A stretch of 64,000 nucleotides of DNA from an uncultured Clostridia bacterium (GCA_947624745.1 CANQLR010000008.1:1480-65479); one strand, 5' to 3'; numbered from the stretch's first letter, positions 1-9,018 are shown. The notes: generated from the letters alone by a model not told the origin. Numbers and translations: made by a program.

Positions 1-615
1 GATTGCCAAATTTTCACTACCTGCACCATGCCGCAGACATGAGCAACGTTATCACCTCCAAAAATTTGCAGATTTCCGCGCTGACTGCCTAACAACAGAA
101 ATATTATCGGGCAACTCCGCCCTGTAAACAACCTCCACCGTGCACACTTTGACACTCCACAGCAACTCCCGCGGATTGCTCAATTTTCATGACCTGCACC
201 ATTCCGCAGACACGAGCAAGGTTGCCACCCCAAAAAATCTGCAGCTTTCCGCGCCGACTGCCTAAAAACAAAAAAATATCGAACTACCCCGCCCCCTTAC
301 AGTCCTCCGCCATGCACATTTGACACTCCGCAGCAAAACAGACCCCGCGGATTGCTCAATTTTCATGACCTGCACCATGCCGCCGACAAGTTTGTACGAA
401 ATTGCGCCCCAAAAAATTTGCAGTTTTCCGCACCGACTGCCTAACAACAGAAAAATTATTGGGCTCCTCCGATCCGTAAAATCCCTACCATGCAAATTAT
501 GGCACTCCACAGCACCCCCGCGGATTCCTCAATTTTCACGGCCTGCACCATGACCCAGACAAGTTTGTCCGAAATTGCGCCTCAAAAAATTTGCAGTTTT
601 CCGCGCTGCCTAATT
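1..615. repeat. Degenerate tandem repeat with a ~173-176 bp unit and about 3.5 copies (units start at 1, 174, 350, 523). The array may continue upstream of the window.
   Basis: Each unit opens with GATTGCYCAATTTTCAYGACCTGCACCATGCCGCAGACA. It then has a CAAAAAATTTGCAGTTTTCCGCGCYGACTGCCTAACAAC block and a CCATGCACATTTGACACTCCRCAGCA block. The blocks are conserved and the spacers between them have diverged. Confidence 0.85.
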
Positions 616-1198
616 TATAAAGGCATAACATTCAGCCCCCATGTAAATTTTGACAATTCAAAAGAAAAAGATATAATCCCCGGAAACCGTTCTTCATCCC
701 TTACACCTTTTCCAAAGCTTGTTGAGCCGAGGCCCGACATCTCAAAATATTTTGTCATTTTCCCGCGCCGGCTGCTTTACATCGACAAAATTTCCAGCCT
801 CCCCGACCCTAAAATAGGTCAAAAACCGCTTATTCAGTTTAATTAAACATTGTGTTTCAAAAGTGTAAAAAATCTGTAAATAAAGTGTTACGAAATCACC
901 TCTTTTTCACCAAATTTAATATTTTGTTCACATTTGCCCTTGGAAACGGCGTTCAACAAAAGTTCAACTCGACAATAAAATCAGGAAGTATCTTACATTT
1001 ATGGAAGCCAAATTTTCATAACCCACTTTATTATCACGGCCTATTTTCGCCTCCCGCCCCGTCCCTCGCCAAAACAAATAATCGCTGTTTTTGCGGCAAA
1101 TAGAGCCGTTTTTACCCATTTTTCAAACTTCTGTCCGAATCCTTGTACTGCTGCCCCGGCCCGCAAAACTCCCCTCTCAAAAAATTTTCAAAAACCCC

Positions 1199-1227
1199 TT
1201 GACAAACCCACCCGTTTATGCTATTAT
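1199..1227 (+). promoter_or_regulatory. Sigma-70-type promoter for the tRNA gene
   Basis: TTGACA (1199-1204), a 17-nt spacer, then TATTAT (1222-1227), about 16 nt upstream of the tRNA 5' end. Confidence 0.55.
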
Positions 1228-1243
1228 ATATAAGCACTCATAT

Positions 1244-1320
<77 letters not shown>

Positions 1321-1325
1321 GTTAA

Positions 1326-1372
1326 AACCGCTTAGATAGGGCATTTGCCGGTCTGAGCGGTTCTTCTTTTTC
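1326..1372 (+). terminator. Rho-independent terminator after the tRNA (island-borne side)
   Basis: Stem AACCGCTTAGA / TCTGAGCGGTT followed by a CTTCTTTTT run. Confidence 0.6.
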
Positions 1373-1386
1373 TCTCTCAAAATCGG

Positions 1387-1410
1387 TTTTACCGCATTTT
1401 TACCGCACGA
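1387..1410 (+). repeat. 24-bp repeat containing two TACCGCA half-sites (candidate integrase arm-type site, left arm)
   Basis: TTTTACCGCATTTTTACCGCACGA is identical to 9073-9096, in the same orientation. Confidence 0.7.
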
Positions 1411-1447
1411 CCTCAAAAAGTAAAGCGTCTATGTTTTGACATAGACG

Positions 1448-2857
1448 CTATTTTTTATTGTCCGATTTTTGATTAAAAATCATATCTGAAATAATATCGC
1501 TCGACTGTGCGTCGGATTCTTTGATGATATGAGCGTATATATCGGTGGTGGTGCTGGTCTTTGAATGACCGAGTCTCTTTGATACAGACACGATGTCTTT
1601 GCCGCTGTTGATGAGTATTGACGCCATCGTGTGCCGAAAAGCGTGAGGATTGATATGCGGCAGTCCGTGCTTTTCAGAAAACTTCCTGAGCCACGCAGTT
1701 ATACTGTCAGGAATCATAGGTGTACCGTCGTCCTTTGTAAAACAATATCCGGTCTCCTTCCACCTGTCGCCATTATTGCGTTTAAGGTCATCGTACCAGT
1801 CCCTATACTCAGATAAGAGCTTCATTGTGTGCTCGGGCACTTTTACATATCGCACTGAGCTTTCGGTCTTGGTGGTGTCTTCATAAATGCCCCTCTTTGA
1901 GCTATACAGCAAATTGCTATCAATTTTTATTATGCTGTTTTCAAAATCTACCCTATCCCATTTCAAGCCCATTATTTCGCCTCGTCTGCAACCTGTAACT
2001 ATCAGCAATTCGGTGATAGCTCGCCATTTTATAGGCTCAGTTTCTAAGGCGTCCATAATCCTGCTTATATCCTCCGGCTGAAAATAGTTCACTTCCTTGC
2101 GAGAGCTTTTAGGCGGAGAAGCTTTGTCGGCAGCGTTGTACGGAACGAGCATTTCCTTTTCGGCTTGTGCGAGGATAGTGTGAATCAGCCTATGATGCTC
2201 CAAAATGGTCTTTGATGAAAGCGTAGTTTTATCTGCGCTCTCAACATCGAACCATTCAGAAAAATCCAGCCCAAGACATTCGCAGAGTTTTTTCGCTGTA
2301 GATAGATTTACAGCCTTATTTTGGCACATGGCTCCTATCGTTGACGCAGCAAGCCCGCTAAATTCGGAGACCTTAGCCTTTGAAAGATTGTTCTTTTTGA
2401 GCAGATCGCTAATGCTTTTCTTTGCGACAGCTTTAGACGAGAATGACGCCACTCCGTCTTCGGACAGATTGTCATAGAGGACATTTAGGTGCTGAGGACG
2501 TATGTCAGAAATCCTGATATTACCTATAGCGAGATTGATTCTTTCAAGAAGCTCTCTGTATCTCTCAATCGTTCTGAACTTGGCACCGGATTTGGTTTTG
2601 ACCTTAAGCACATAATCAGCGTACTCGGCGAACGTTATCTTGTCAACCTGATACCCGCTTTCAATGCTTCTTTCAAAGTCATAGGCAACCTTTTCAACAG
2701 CTTTTTGCAGTTGGTTTTCGGTCATCTTTTTATCAGGAACCCAAGTCATATATTTTCTTATCTGCTTGCCGTTGATGTCTTTTCCTGCGGAAACAGTGAT
2801 AAGAAAAGAAACCTTGTTTTTTCCGTCGATTCGTTTAATGCTTGCCGTCTTAGTCAC
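1448..2857 (-). CDS. int: Tyrosine-type site-specific integrase
   Basis: 469 aa. Catalytic motifs are TGCRRGE (Arg), HAFRHT (HxxR) and LGHSKTSTTTDIYAHI (His/Tyr). The N-terminus resembles an arm-binding domain. The GTG start overlaps the upstream XRE gene stop by 8 nt. Confidence 0.92.
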   Translation of the reverse strand: MTKTASIKRIDGKNKVSFLITVSAGKDINGKQIRKYMTWVPDKKMTENQLQKAVEKVAYDFERSIESGYQVDKITFAEYADYVLKVKTKSGAKFRTIERYRELLERINLAIGNIRISDIRPQHLNVLYDNLSEDGVASFSSKAVAKKSISDLLKKNNLSKAKVSEFSGLAASTIGAMCQNKAVNLSTAKKLCECLGLDFSEWFDVESADKTTLSSKTILEHHRLIHTILAQAEKEMLVPYNAADKASPPKSSRKEVNYFQPEDISRIMDALETEPIKWRAITELLIVTGCRRGEIMGLKWDRVDFENSIIKIDSNLLYSSKRGIYEDTTKTESSVRYVKVPEHTMKLLSEYRDWYDDLKRNNGDRWKETGYCFTKDDGTPMIPDSITAWLRKFSEKHGLPHINPHAFRHTMASILINSGKDIVSVSKRLGHSKTSTTTDIYAHIIKESDAQSSDIISDMIFNQKSDNKK

Positions 2858-3437
2858 CCTCTATCTCATAGTTGGAAATAAAATCATCGAGAAACCGCAT
2901 TATCTCTTGAGCAGCTCCCATTTCATAGAAGCGTATAGCCTCAGAATAATCAGCGAACAGTTCCCGGTCACTTTCGTCAATCTCCCCGGATTTCAGAGCT
3001 GAAATCTTGGAGAGGTAAATATCGATCATTCCGGCAATTCTCAGGTCAGAGATTAGTGCGGAATAAAGTTTGATATACTGCTCGGCATACTCAGACATCA
3101 CAGGAGTGCCATGTGCGCTTGCATATCGAAGATTCCTGAGTCTGTCAATAGCCTGTTGGTCAAGACCCAACTCGGAATATACGTCGGTGTCTACCCTGCG
3201 CTTGTTGGAATACTCCCCCACCAGATAGCCGAAGTCGCAGTCAAACAGTTCACACATTTTCAGCAAATCATATAGTGTGGGACTTGATTCCCCTTTTTCC
3301 CATTTGCGGACAGTCTGCCGCGTAGTGTTCAATTCTTCGGCAAGTCTTTCAGCGTCTTTCCAGCCTTTGTGTTTTCTTTCGGCTTCTATTATTTTTCCTA
3401 TGTCTTTTGCTTTGTCTGCGCTCAAAATGTTACCCAT
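2850..3437 (-). CDS. XRE-family HTH regulator with an uncharacterised C-terminal domain (candidate island repressor)
   Basis: 195 aa with a Cro/CI-type HTH (LAEELNTTRQTVRKWEKGESSPTLYDLLKMCELFDCDFGYLVGE). It is co-oriented with int, overlaps it, and is divergent from the xis-like gene. Confidence 0.8.
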   Translation of the reverse strand: MGNILSADKAKDIGKIIEAERKHKGWKDAERLAEELNTTRQTVRKWEKGESSPTLYDLLKMCELFDCDFGYLVGEYSNKRRVDTDVYSELGLDQQAIDRLRNLRYASAHGTPVMSEYAEQYIKLYSALISDLRIAGMIDIYLSKISALKSGEIDESDRELFADYSEAIRFYEMGAAQEIMRFLDDFISNYEIEGD

Positions 3438-3579
3438 TTTAACAACGTCCTTTATCGCGGCTTATCTTATGTTACAAATATCGTCTTTACTTTCACAGGA
3501 AAATTGAGTAGAATTAAATTAAAGAATTTTAAGTTAAAAATACCGATTGGTTATTTTCAGCTTAATAGGAGGTTATATT

Positions 3580-3813
3580 ATGAGAATGAGAACTCTCAAC
3601 GAAGCATTCAAGTACATTCAGGACAACGACCCGGAAACCTGTCTGACTAAATCAGCTCTACGGCGTCTGGTCACAACCGGAAAGCTGCCGTCAGTCAAGG
3701 TGGGTACAAAGTACCTCATTTCTTTAGAGATACTTGAGTCAACCCTTAAGAGTGGCTTTTCGGTCCAAAAAGCACCGGAACCGCAGGGCAAGATAAGACC
3801 CATAAACATCTGA
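3580..3813 (+). CDS. xis: Excisionase-family / MerR-like small DNA-binding protein
   Basis: 77 aa from ATG 3580 with a TAGGAGG RBS 7 nt upstream. The motif LTKSALRRLVTTGKLPSVKVGTKYLISLEILE is typical of excisionase-type HTH proteins. Confidence 0.7.
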   Translation: MRMRTLNEAFKYIQDNDPETCLTKSALRRLVTTGKLPSVKVGTKYLISLEILESTLKSGFSVQKAPEPQGKIRPINI

Positions 3814-3828
3814 GAGCGAAAGCGTGAT

Positions 3829-5071
3829 TTAATCACGCTTTTCTTTTTCTGCCATCTCGTGGCAGTCAAGAACGAATTTCTCCACCTGCTCGATGAGCTT
3901 GTCCCTGTCTTGCAACGCAAGAGAAACGTTGATGTAATAGCTTCTGTTTGTATGGAAAAACGGCTCTCTGTTTCTCTGGTCCTTCAACATCGGAATTAGA
4001 GATTTGCAGAAATCTTTAGCAGGAGCAGAACTCAGTCCGAATCTTTCAAAATCATTTATTACCCGCGAAGGAATGAAATAAAAGTCAGACTGCTCATTCC
4101 AAATTGATAGACCGAGCAGCGTATAGCTTTTTCCATTCGGAAGTGAAAACCTGAACTGAAGCTCGGTTGGAGCCATAGAGATGTAAATTCCATTTATTTG
4201 CTCCAAATCATAAACCAACTCGGTCACTTCGTCAGCGTCATATCCTCCATTATCCGCAAACCGAGAAATAAGCTCTCTGCGAGATAAGATGGGCTTAGAG
4301 TGCTTTTCGGAAGCTTCAGATATAATCACCGGTTCAGGGGAAAAGATATTGCGCTCGATCACATCGGTTCTGCTCGTGATGTGGGGCACAATAATCCTCC
4401 GACCTCCGTCTTCGTAAACCTCAACCTCGGCAAGAGCAAGGTTAAACGCCATATTTGCGTTGCTCTTAAGAAAGTCCGAAATCTCCTGAATCCCGGTCCT
4501 TATTCCGTCGCCGACAATCATAAGCAGAAAGTTTGCTTTGGAGAGGTTAGAATTTATGCTGTCATAGAAGTCAGCCTCGTCTTCCTCAGAAACAAGCTTC
4601 TTTTCTTTCAAGTATTCAAATATGGTAATGTTTACCCCCCCCCCCCGCAAAATTGTCAAAATATCCCTGAGCTATTTTGTCGAGTTTTTCTGCGTCCCAT
4701 TTTTGGACCTCTTTGGCGTAGTCGATTATTTGGGCGATAACGGTCCTTCGCGCTTCCTGATTCCTGAAGAGCTTTGTTTCGACAATGACAATCATTCCGG
4801 ACGGAGTTATATAGAGGTTGTCGATATATCCGGTGTTTTCTCCGGAGCCTACGGCGACCTCCCTGCCTATGCAAATCAAAGGAGTATAATCCCCTCCAAG
4901 CTGCGAGGTCGGAATGATTTCTGGGTACTTCTCTATAAGCTCCTGTAGCCAGAGTTCGTCAAAAGAGCTTGCTGATTCCTTATTCGTAAAAGGAACGCGC
5001 TTAAGCTTTACAGATTCTCCGTTTTCGGTCAAAAGGAAAACATCATGAGTAGATTTTTCGTTTGAAATCAT
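3829..5071 (-). pseudogene. PD-(D/E)xK nuclease-fold protein (NucS / DUF4263-like N-terminal core) with a ~270-aa uncharacterised C-terminal region. The reading frame is broken at a G12 tract.
   Basis: ORFs 4616-5071 and 3829-4659 overlap at the homopolymer. The N-terminal part has GYIDNLYITPSGMIVIVETKLFRNQEARRTVIAQIIDYA (D...ExK...Q..Y). Removing one G reads ...FDNFAGGGVNITIFEYL... as a single ORF of about 413 aa. Confidence 0.7.
4635..4646 (-). repeat. Homopolymeric tract: C12 on the plus strand, G12 in the coding sense
   Basis: Twelve consecutive C at 4635-4646, exactly at the frame break of the nuclease-fold gene. Confidence 0.95.
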
Positions 5072-5077
5072 AGTGAA

Positions 5078-5404
5078 TTATCCCTTGTACTTCGCGAGAA
5101 CAGCGTGTACAACTCTCCTATCGTCTTCGTTAGCCAAAGAGTACAAATTAGCTATTTCCTGCACGTCCTTCGGCATTACGTCAAACTGGTCACCGTTCAC
5201 TCCAAGAAGCCAGTCGATAGAAATGCCAAAGTGCTCGGCTATCTTTACGACGTAAGGAAGATCGGGCACCCTTGTTCCTGCAAGATAGCGCGACATCGTA
5301 ACCGGCGAGATTTCTATCTCCTCACTGAAGTCTTTTATGGTCATTCCCCTGCCCTCAAAAAGTCTGCGAAGTCTTTCACGAAACACGCTGTAATCAAAAG
5401 TCAT
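5078..5404 (-). CDS. XRE-family (CI-like) HTH regulator, first gene of the nuclease operon
   Basis: 108 aa with the HTH MTIKDFSEEIEISPVTMSRYLAGTRVPDLPYVVKIAEHFGISIDWLLG. Its stop is 6 nt before the nuclease-fold gene start. Confidence 0.8.
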   Translation of the reverse strand: MTFDYSVFRERLRRLFEGRGMTIKDFSEEIEISPVTMSRYLAGTRVPDLPYVVKIAEHFGISIDWLLGVNGDQFDVMPKDVQEIANLYSLANEDDRRVVHAVLAKYKG

Positions 5405-5523
5405 AATACAACCTCCTGAACAATTAGACTATATACGGTTTTATTTTAGCATATTTGAATTTGTTTTTCAACGAAAATTTTGAAAAAACACGAAAAAAAT
5501 TATAAAATCCAAGGTCAAAACAC

Positions 5524-5552
5524 TTGACAAATACCAGTTGGTATGGTAGAAT
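5524..5552 (+). promoter_or_regulatory. Promoter with an embedded inverted-repeat operator, for the cro-like gene
   Basis: TTGACA (5524-5529), a 17-nt spacer, then an extended -10 TGgTAGAAT (5544-5552). The spacer contains ATACCA-GT-TGGTAT. Confidence 0.55.
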
Positions 5553-5596
5553 AAACATATGGTATTTATACTCTCAAAGAAAAAGGAAGTGAAAAA

Positions 5597-5830
5597 ATGG
5601 AGAGAAAAGATTATAACGGCGTGAGAGCCGCGAGATGCGGGTACAACTACAGCCAAAAGGAAGTAGCTGATATTCTCGGAATAGATGTCAGGACCTATCA
5701 GTACAAGGAAAGCGGACGCGGTAAATGGAATAACAAAGAAATAGCCGCCCTCAGTAATCTTTTCAATTTTAGTATTTCTGAGATAAACCGGTATTTTTAT
5801 GACGGCATTCTACCAATCGGCAACGAGTAA
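5597..5830 (+). CDS. Small XRE-family (Cro-like) HTH protein
   Basis: 77 aa with the HTH YSQKEVADILGIDVRTYQYKESGRGKW and an AAGGAAG RBS. It is divergent from the 5078-5404 XRE gene. Confidence 0.75.
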   Translation: MERKDYNGVRAARCGYNYSQKEVADILGIDVRTYQYKESGRGKWNNKEIAALSNLFNFSISEINRYFYDGILPIGNE

Positions 5831-5891
5831 CTGAATAGTTGGTTATCTCGTTCCGCTGTTATAATCATACCTCGGAAAGGAGCAAGAATCA

Positions 5892-6389
5892 ATGTCGAGA
5901 AACGTAACAAAAGCTATGGGAAATAGATATTGCCAAGCACGTTTAGAGGCAGCAAAGTATAACGAAAAGCTACTTGTCAGGTCAAGCGCAGTTGAATTTC
6001 TCCCCGGCGTAACTGAGGACAGCTTGAAAAAATATGAGTTGGACATAAACAGACCTCCGAACACAGTGGTAGCTCTTATGGCAGACGCTTACAGTGCTCC
6101 CGATCTCACAGCTTGGTATTGTGCCAACGAATGCCCCTTAGGAAAGGACAGAAGAGAAATTCCAAAAATGCCGGCTGAAAGAGCACTGATAAGACTTCAA
6201 AATTCGGCTGAGGACATGGACGATATAATCCGGTCCATCTCTCAAATCATGGACGACGGAGAAATCACAGGTAACGAGAAAGAGGAAATAGCAAAGCTCA
6301 GTGCGGAGCTCAAAGAATGCGGTCACAGAATCAGCGAAATCACCGCCATTCTTGATAAGGCTTCGAAGCGAGGAGAATTTGACAGGTAA
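5892..6389 (+). CDS. Hypothetical phage/island regulatory-type protein (possible degenerate HTH N-terminus, acidic helical C-terminus)
   Basis: 165 aa with an AAGGAG RBS and non-repetitive composition. No catalytic motif was recognised. Confidence 0.6.
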   Translation: MSRNVTKAMGNRYCQARLEAAKYNEKLLVRSSAVEFLPGVTEDSLKKYELDINRPPNTVVALMADAYSAPDLTAWYCANECPLGKDRREIPKMPAERALIRLQNSAEDMDDIIRSISQIMDDGEITGNEKEEIAKLSAELKECGHRISEITAILDKASKRGEFDR

Positions 6390-6401
6390 GGAGAGATAGA
6401 T

Positions 6402-6620
6402 ATGTGCGCAGAATGCGGAAGCACTCCGTGTCTTAGCAGTTGCCCTAACAGAGTGGATAAGCCGATTGGCGTCTGCCCTGTTTGTAATGAGAAGATTCTT
6501 GATTATGAGCCGTTCTACGATTTTGACGGTGAGAAATATCATGATGTTTGTTTTCAGGACAACGCGGTCAGTATCCTGATGGATATGGGAGCCAGATTCT
6601 ATGAATGTTCGGAAGAGTGA
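6402..6620 (+). CDS. Small Cys-rich (zinc-ribbon-like) protein
   Basis: 72 aa with CAEC...C...C and CPVC pairs and an AAGGAGAG RBS. Confidence 0.6.
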   Translation: MCAECGSTPCLSSCPNRVDKPIGVCPVCNEKILDYEPFYDFDGEKYHDVCFQDNAVSILMDMGARFYECSEE

Positions 6621-6627
6621 GGAAAAG

Positions 6628-6947
6628 ATGAGCGAAAAAACGGTCACAAAGATTCCGGAATTTAAGGGATTCGACTTTGATGAAGAAAAACATCTGTATA
6701 CGAGGATAACGAAACCGGGTCATCTTTAAGGCTTGAAAGTTTAGAAGAAAATGAACGAACAGAGTACATAGTCGTTTTCAGGGACTATCTCTCAGGCGAA
6801 GAAACAAATAAAAAATATGCTCAGTTCAACGACGCTACAGCAAGGTTTGAAAGCATGGTCAACTTCATGCTGAAAAATCGAGGATCATATACTCGGAAAA
6901 TGTGTGAGTTTGTTATGAATCTGAAGCTTATCGGCGTTGCGGATTAA
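6628..6947 (+). pseudogene. Possible frameshifted small gene: a 33-aa ORF continuing in another frame to 6947
   Basis: ATG 6628 has a GAGGAAAA RBS and stops at 6727-6729. An open frame without a start codon runs on (SSLRLESLEENERTEYIVVFRDYLSGEE...LIGVAD) to a stop at 6945-6947. Confidence 0.3.
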
Positions 6948-7111
6948 GCCACTTGTTATCTATGGCGAGAAAATGTAAAATAATATTACGGAAAAACAAA
7001 AGCAGATGCTTAGTGCTCTCATCGGTCCGTACAGCTCCGCAACCTTAGTGGAAGAAGAATTGAGAAGCTCAGGTGCCAGAGTGCTCATATAAACATCATG
7101 GAGGTCTAAAA

Positions 7112-7339
7112 ATGGACAAAAGAATCCTCAAAGCGTTATCTGAATTATCTGAGGCAGACGCAATCATGTATGCGGCGGACATTGCGTACATTCCGACATT
7201 ATCACCCGATTCTTGCGATGAAGAGATTTCCGAAAGAGCTATGAATGCTTTTTACGCTGTATGGAAAAAGGTGAAAGAGGCTCAGAATATCCTTGACGGA
7301 TTGACTAAGGGATTGAACTTTGAAGAGAATGTAGATTGA
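7112..7339 (+). CDS. Hypothetical small protein
   Basis: 75 aa from ATG 7112 with a GGAGG RBS 7 nt upstream, followed by a terminator. Confidence 0.55.
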   Translation: MDKRILKALSELSEADAIMYAADIAYIPTLSPDSCDEEISERAMNAFYAVWKKVKEAQNILDGLTKGLNFEENVD

Positions 7340-7352
7340 CAATCGAGGGCAA

Positions 7353-7380
7353 AAAAGACCGGTTTCACCCGGTCTTTTTA
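7353..7380 (+). terminator. Rho-independent terminator
   Basis: AAAAGACCGG-TTTCAC-CCGGTCTTTT followed by a T-run. Confidence 0.75.
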
Positions 7381-7480
7381 TATATAATCTTTCAAGAAAG
7401 AGAATCGGAATATAATTTTTCAAAAAAGTGTTTACTTTTTTGGAAAATGTGGTATAATATAAACAGAAGGAGGCGATAAG

Positions 7481-8527
7481 ATGTTAGGAAAGAATTTGAA
7501 GTATTATAGGCTCAAGAACGGTTTGTCTAAAGCAAAGCTTGCGGAAAAAGTAGGCGTTTCTCCTATGTCGATTACTCACTATGAAAACGATGAAAGAAAG
7601 CCCTCGATGGATATCCTCAAAGCTTTGGCAACTGCCCTGAATGTCAAAGTTTCTGACTTCTTGGCAAACGAGGGCGAAATACGTTCTCTTACTTATGGCG
7701 AGTTCCGCAAGGGGAGCAAGCTGTCTAAGAATCAGCAGGAGTATATCTATGCTTCATTGGAAGAGTATATGAACAGGTTTTATTATGCGGTCAGAATTTT
7801 GGGTGGAAAAGTTATGCCTACTCCCCCGGATTCTCATGGAGTACGGTTATCTTCTAATGCTGAAGATGACGCAAAAGCTCTTAGAAAATATCTTCATATA
7901 TCCGAAATAGGTCCGGTAGGAAATCTTGTTGAAATGCTTGAGAATATAGGTATTCTTGTATATTTTATTGATATTGACAACGATGCTTTTTCAGGAATAA
8001 ACGGACAGGTCAATGGAAGACCATACATTGCAGTAAACGGCAATATGAGTCCGGAACGTATTCGTTCAACCATAGTTCACGAGATGGCACACTTTATTTT
8101 TGAGTGGCCCGAAGATATGGAGGACGATAGAATTGAAGATAGAGCAACCGCAATAAGCGGAGCTTTCCTCTTGCCGGAAGAAGACGCTAAAAGAGAGCTT
8201 GGTCTCAAGCGGCGCGCTATTTCGAATGATATGCAGCTAATTTGCAAGGAGTACGGAATATCTATGTTTATGCTTGCAAAAAGGGCAGTTCTGTGCGGTA
8301 TAGTTTCAGACAATGCCGCAAAGAATTTCTATATTTTAGCAAGTCAGAACGGATGGAGAAAAAGCGAGCCTGTTAGGATTCCGAAAGAAGAACCCACGCT
8401 GTTTTCTCAGCTTATATTCAGAGCGGTTAGTGAAAGCGAAATATCCATTCAGAAAGGTGCAGAGCTGTTGAAAAAACCATATACCTATGTTGCTGAACAG
8501 TGCTTTGCAACGAAGGGAGAACTATGA
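7481..8527 (+). CDS. XRE HTH fused to an ImmA/IrrE-family zinc metallopeptidase domain
   Basis: 348 aa. The N-terminal HTH is LSKAKLAEKVGVSPMSITHYENDERKPSMDILKALATAL, and the HExxH motif is in TIVHEMAHFIF. An extended -10 TGTGGTATAAT lies upstream. Confidence 0.85.
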   Translation: MLGKNLKYYRLKNGLSKAKLAEKVGVSPMSITHYENDERKPSMDILKALATALNVKVSDFLANEGEIRSLTYGEFRKGSKLSKNQQEYIYASLEEYMNRFYYAVRILGGKVMPTPPDSHGVRLSSNAEDDAKALRKYLHISEIGPVGNLVEMLENIGILVYFIDIDNDAFSGINGQVNGRPYIAVNGNMSPERIRSTIVHEMAHFIFEWPEDMEDDRIEDRATAISGAFLLPEEDAKRELGLKRRAISNDMQLICKEYGISMFMLAKRAVLCGIVSDNAAKNFYILASQNGWRKSEPVRIPKEEPTLFSQLIFRAVSESEISIQKGAELLKKPYTYVAEQCFATKGEL

Positions 8528-9018
8528 AATATATCAGCAGTGACACAAATGTTTGGATTGATTTTTTGACTATCAACCGCCTTGAGCTGCCTTTTAAGCT
8601 CCCATACATATATTTGATGAATGAAGATGCCGTAGAAGATGAAATGCTCAATCCTACCAATCTTGGAGATAAGCTCGTAGAATTAGGGCTTGAAAAAACA
8701 TCTCTGACAGAGGACGAGTTCTTTTTAGCTGAAAAGTTGAGCGAAAAATATTTAAAGCTTTCCAGATATGACTGTATAGCGTTGGCAATCGCAAAAATCA
8801 GAAAAATTGAACTTCTTACAGGAGACAAAGCGCTCAGAAAAGCTGCCAATTCAGAAAACGTAAAAGTTACAGGCACAATAGGTATCTTAGACAGACTGTT
8901 AAAGGGACAGTATATTGATCAAGATGAGTATATACGTTGCTTAGATAGTCTTTCAGAACATAACGGTAAGATAGTACGTCTACCGGAAAAAGAATTAAAA
9001 AAGCGGCTGAAAAAGTGA
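8524..9018 (+). CDS. PIN-like (DUF3368/DUF4411-type) predicted nuclease, partner of the ImmA-XRE protein
   Basis: 164 aa. The ATG overlaps the upstream stop (ATGA). The N-terminus has SDTNVWIDF (acidic PIN-type start). The C-terminal ELLTGDKALRKAANSENVKVTGTIGILDRLLK resembles DUF3368 proteins. Confidence 0.6.
   Translation: MKYISSDTNVWIDFLTINRLELPFKLPYIYLMNEDAVEDEMLNPTNLGDKLVELGLEKTSLTEDEFFLAEKLSEKYLKLSRYDCIALAIAKIRKIELLTGDKALRKAANSENVKVTGTIGILDRLLKGQYIDQDEYIRCLDSLSEHNGKIVRLPEKELKKRLKK

Noticed and set aside
1-615. Possibility that the tandem array is a CRISPR locus.
   Set aside because: The unit length is ~173 bp, the units are homologous along their whole length, and there is no short invariant repeat separating unique spacers. 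No cas genes are in the window.
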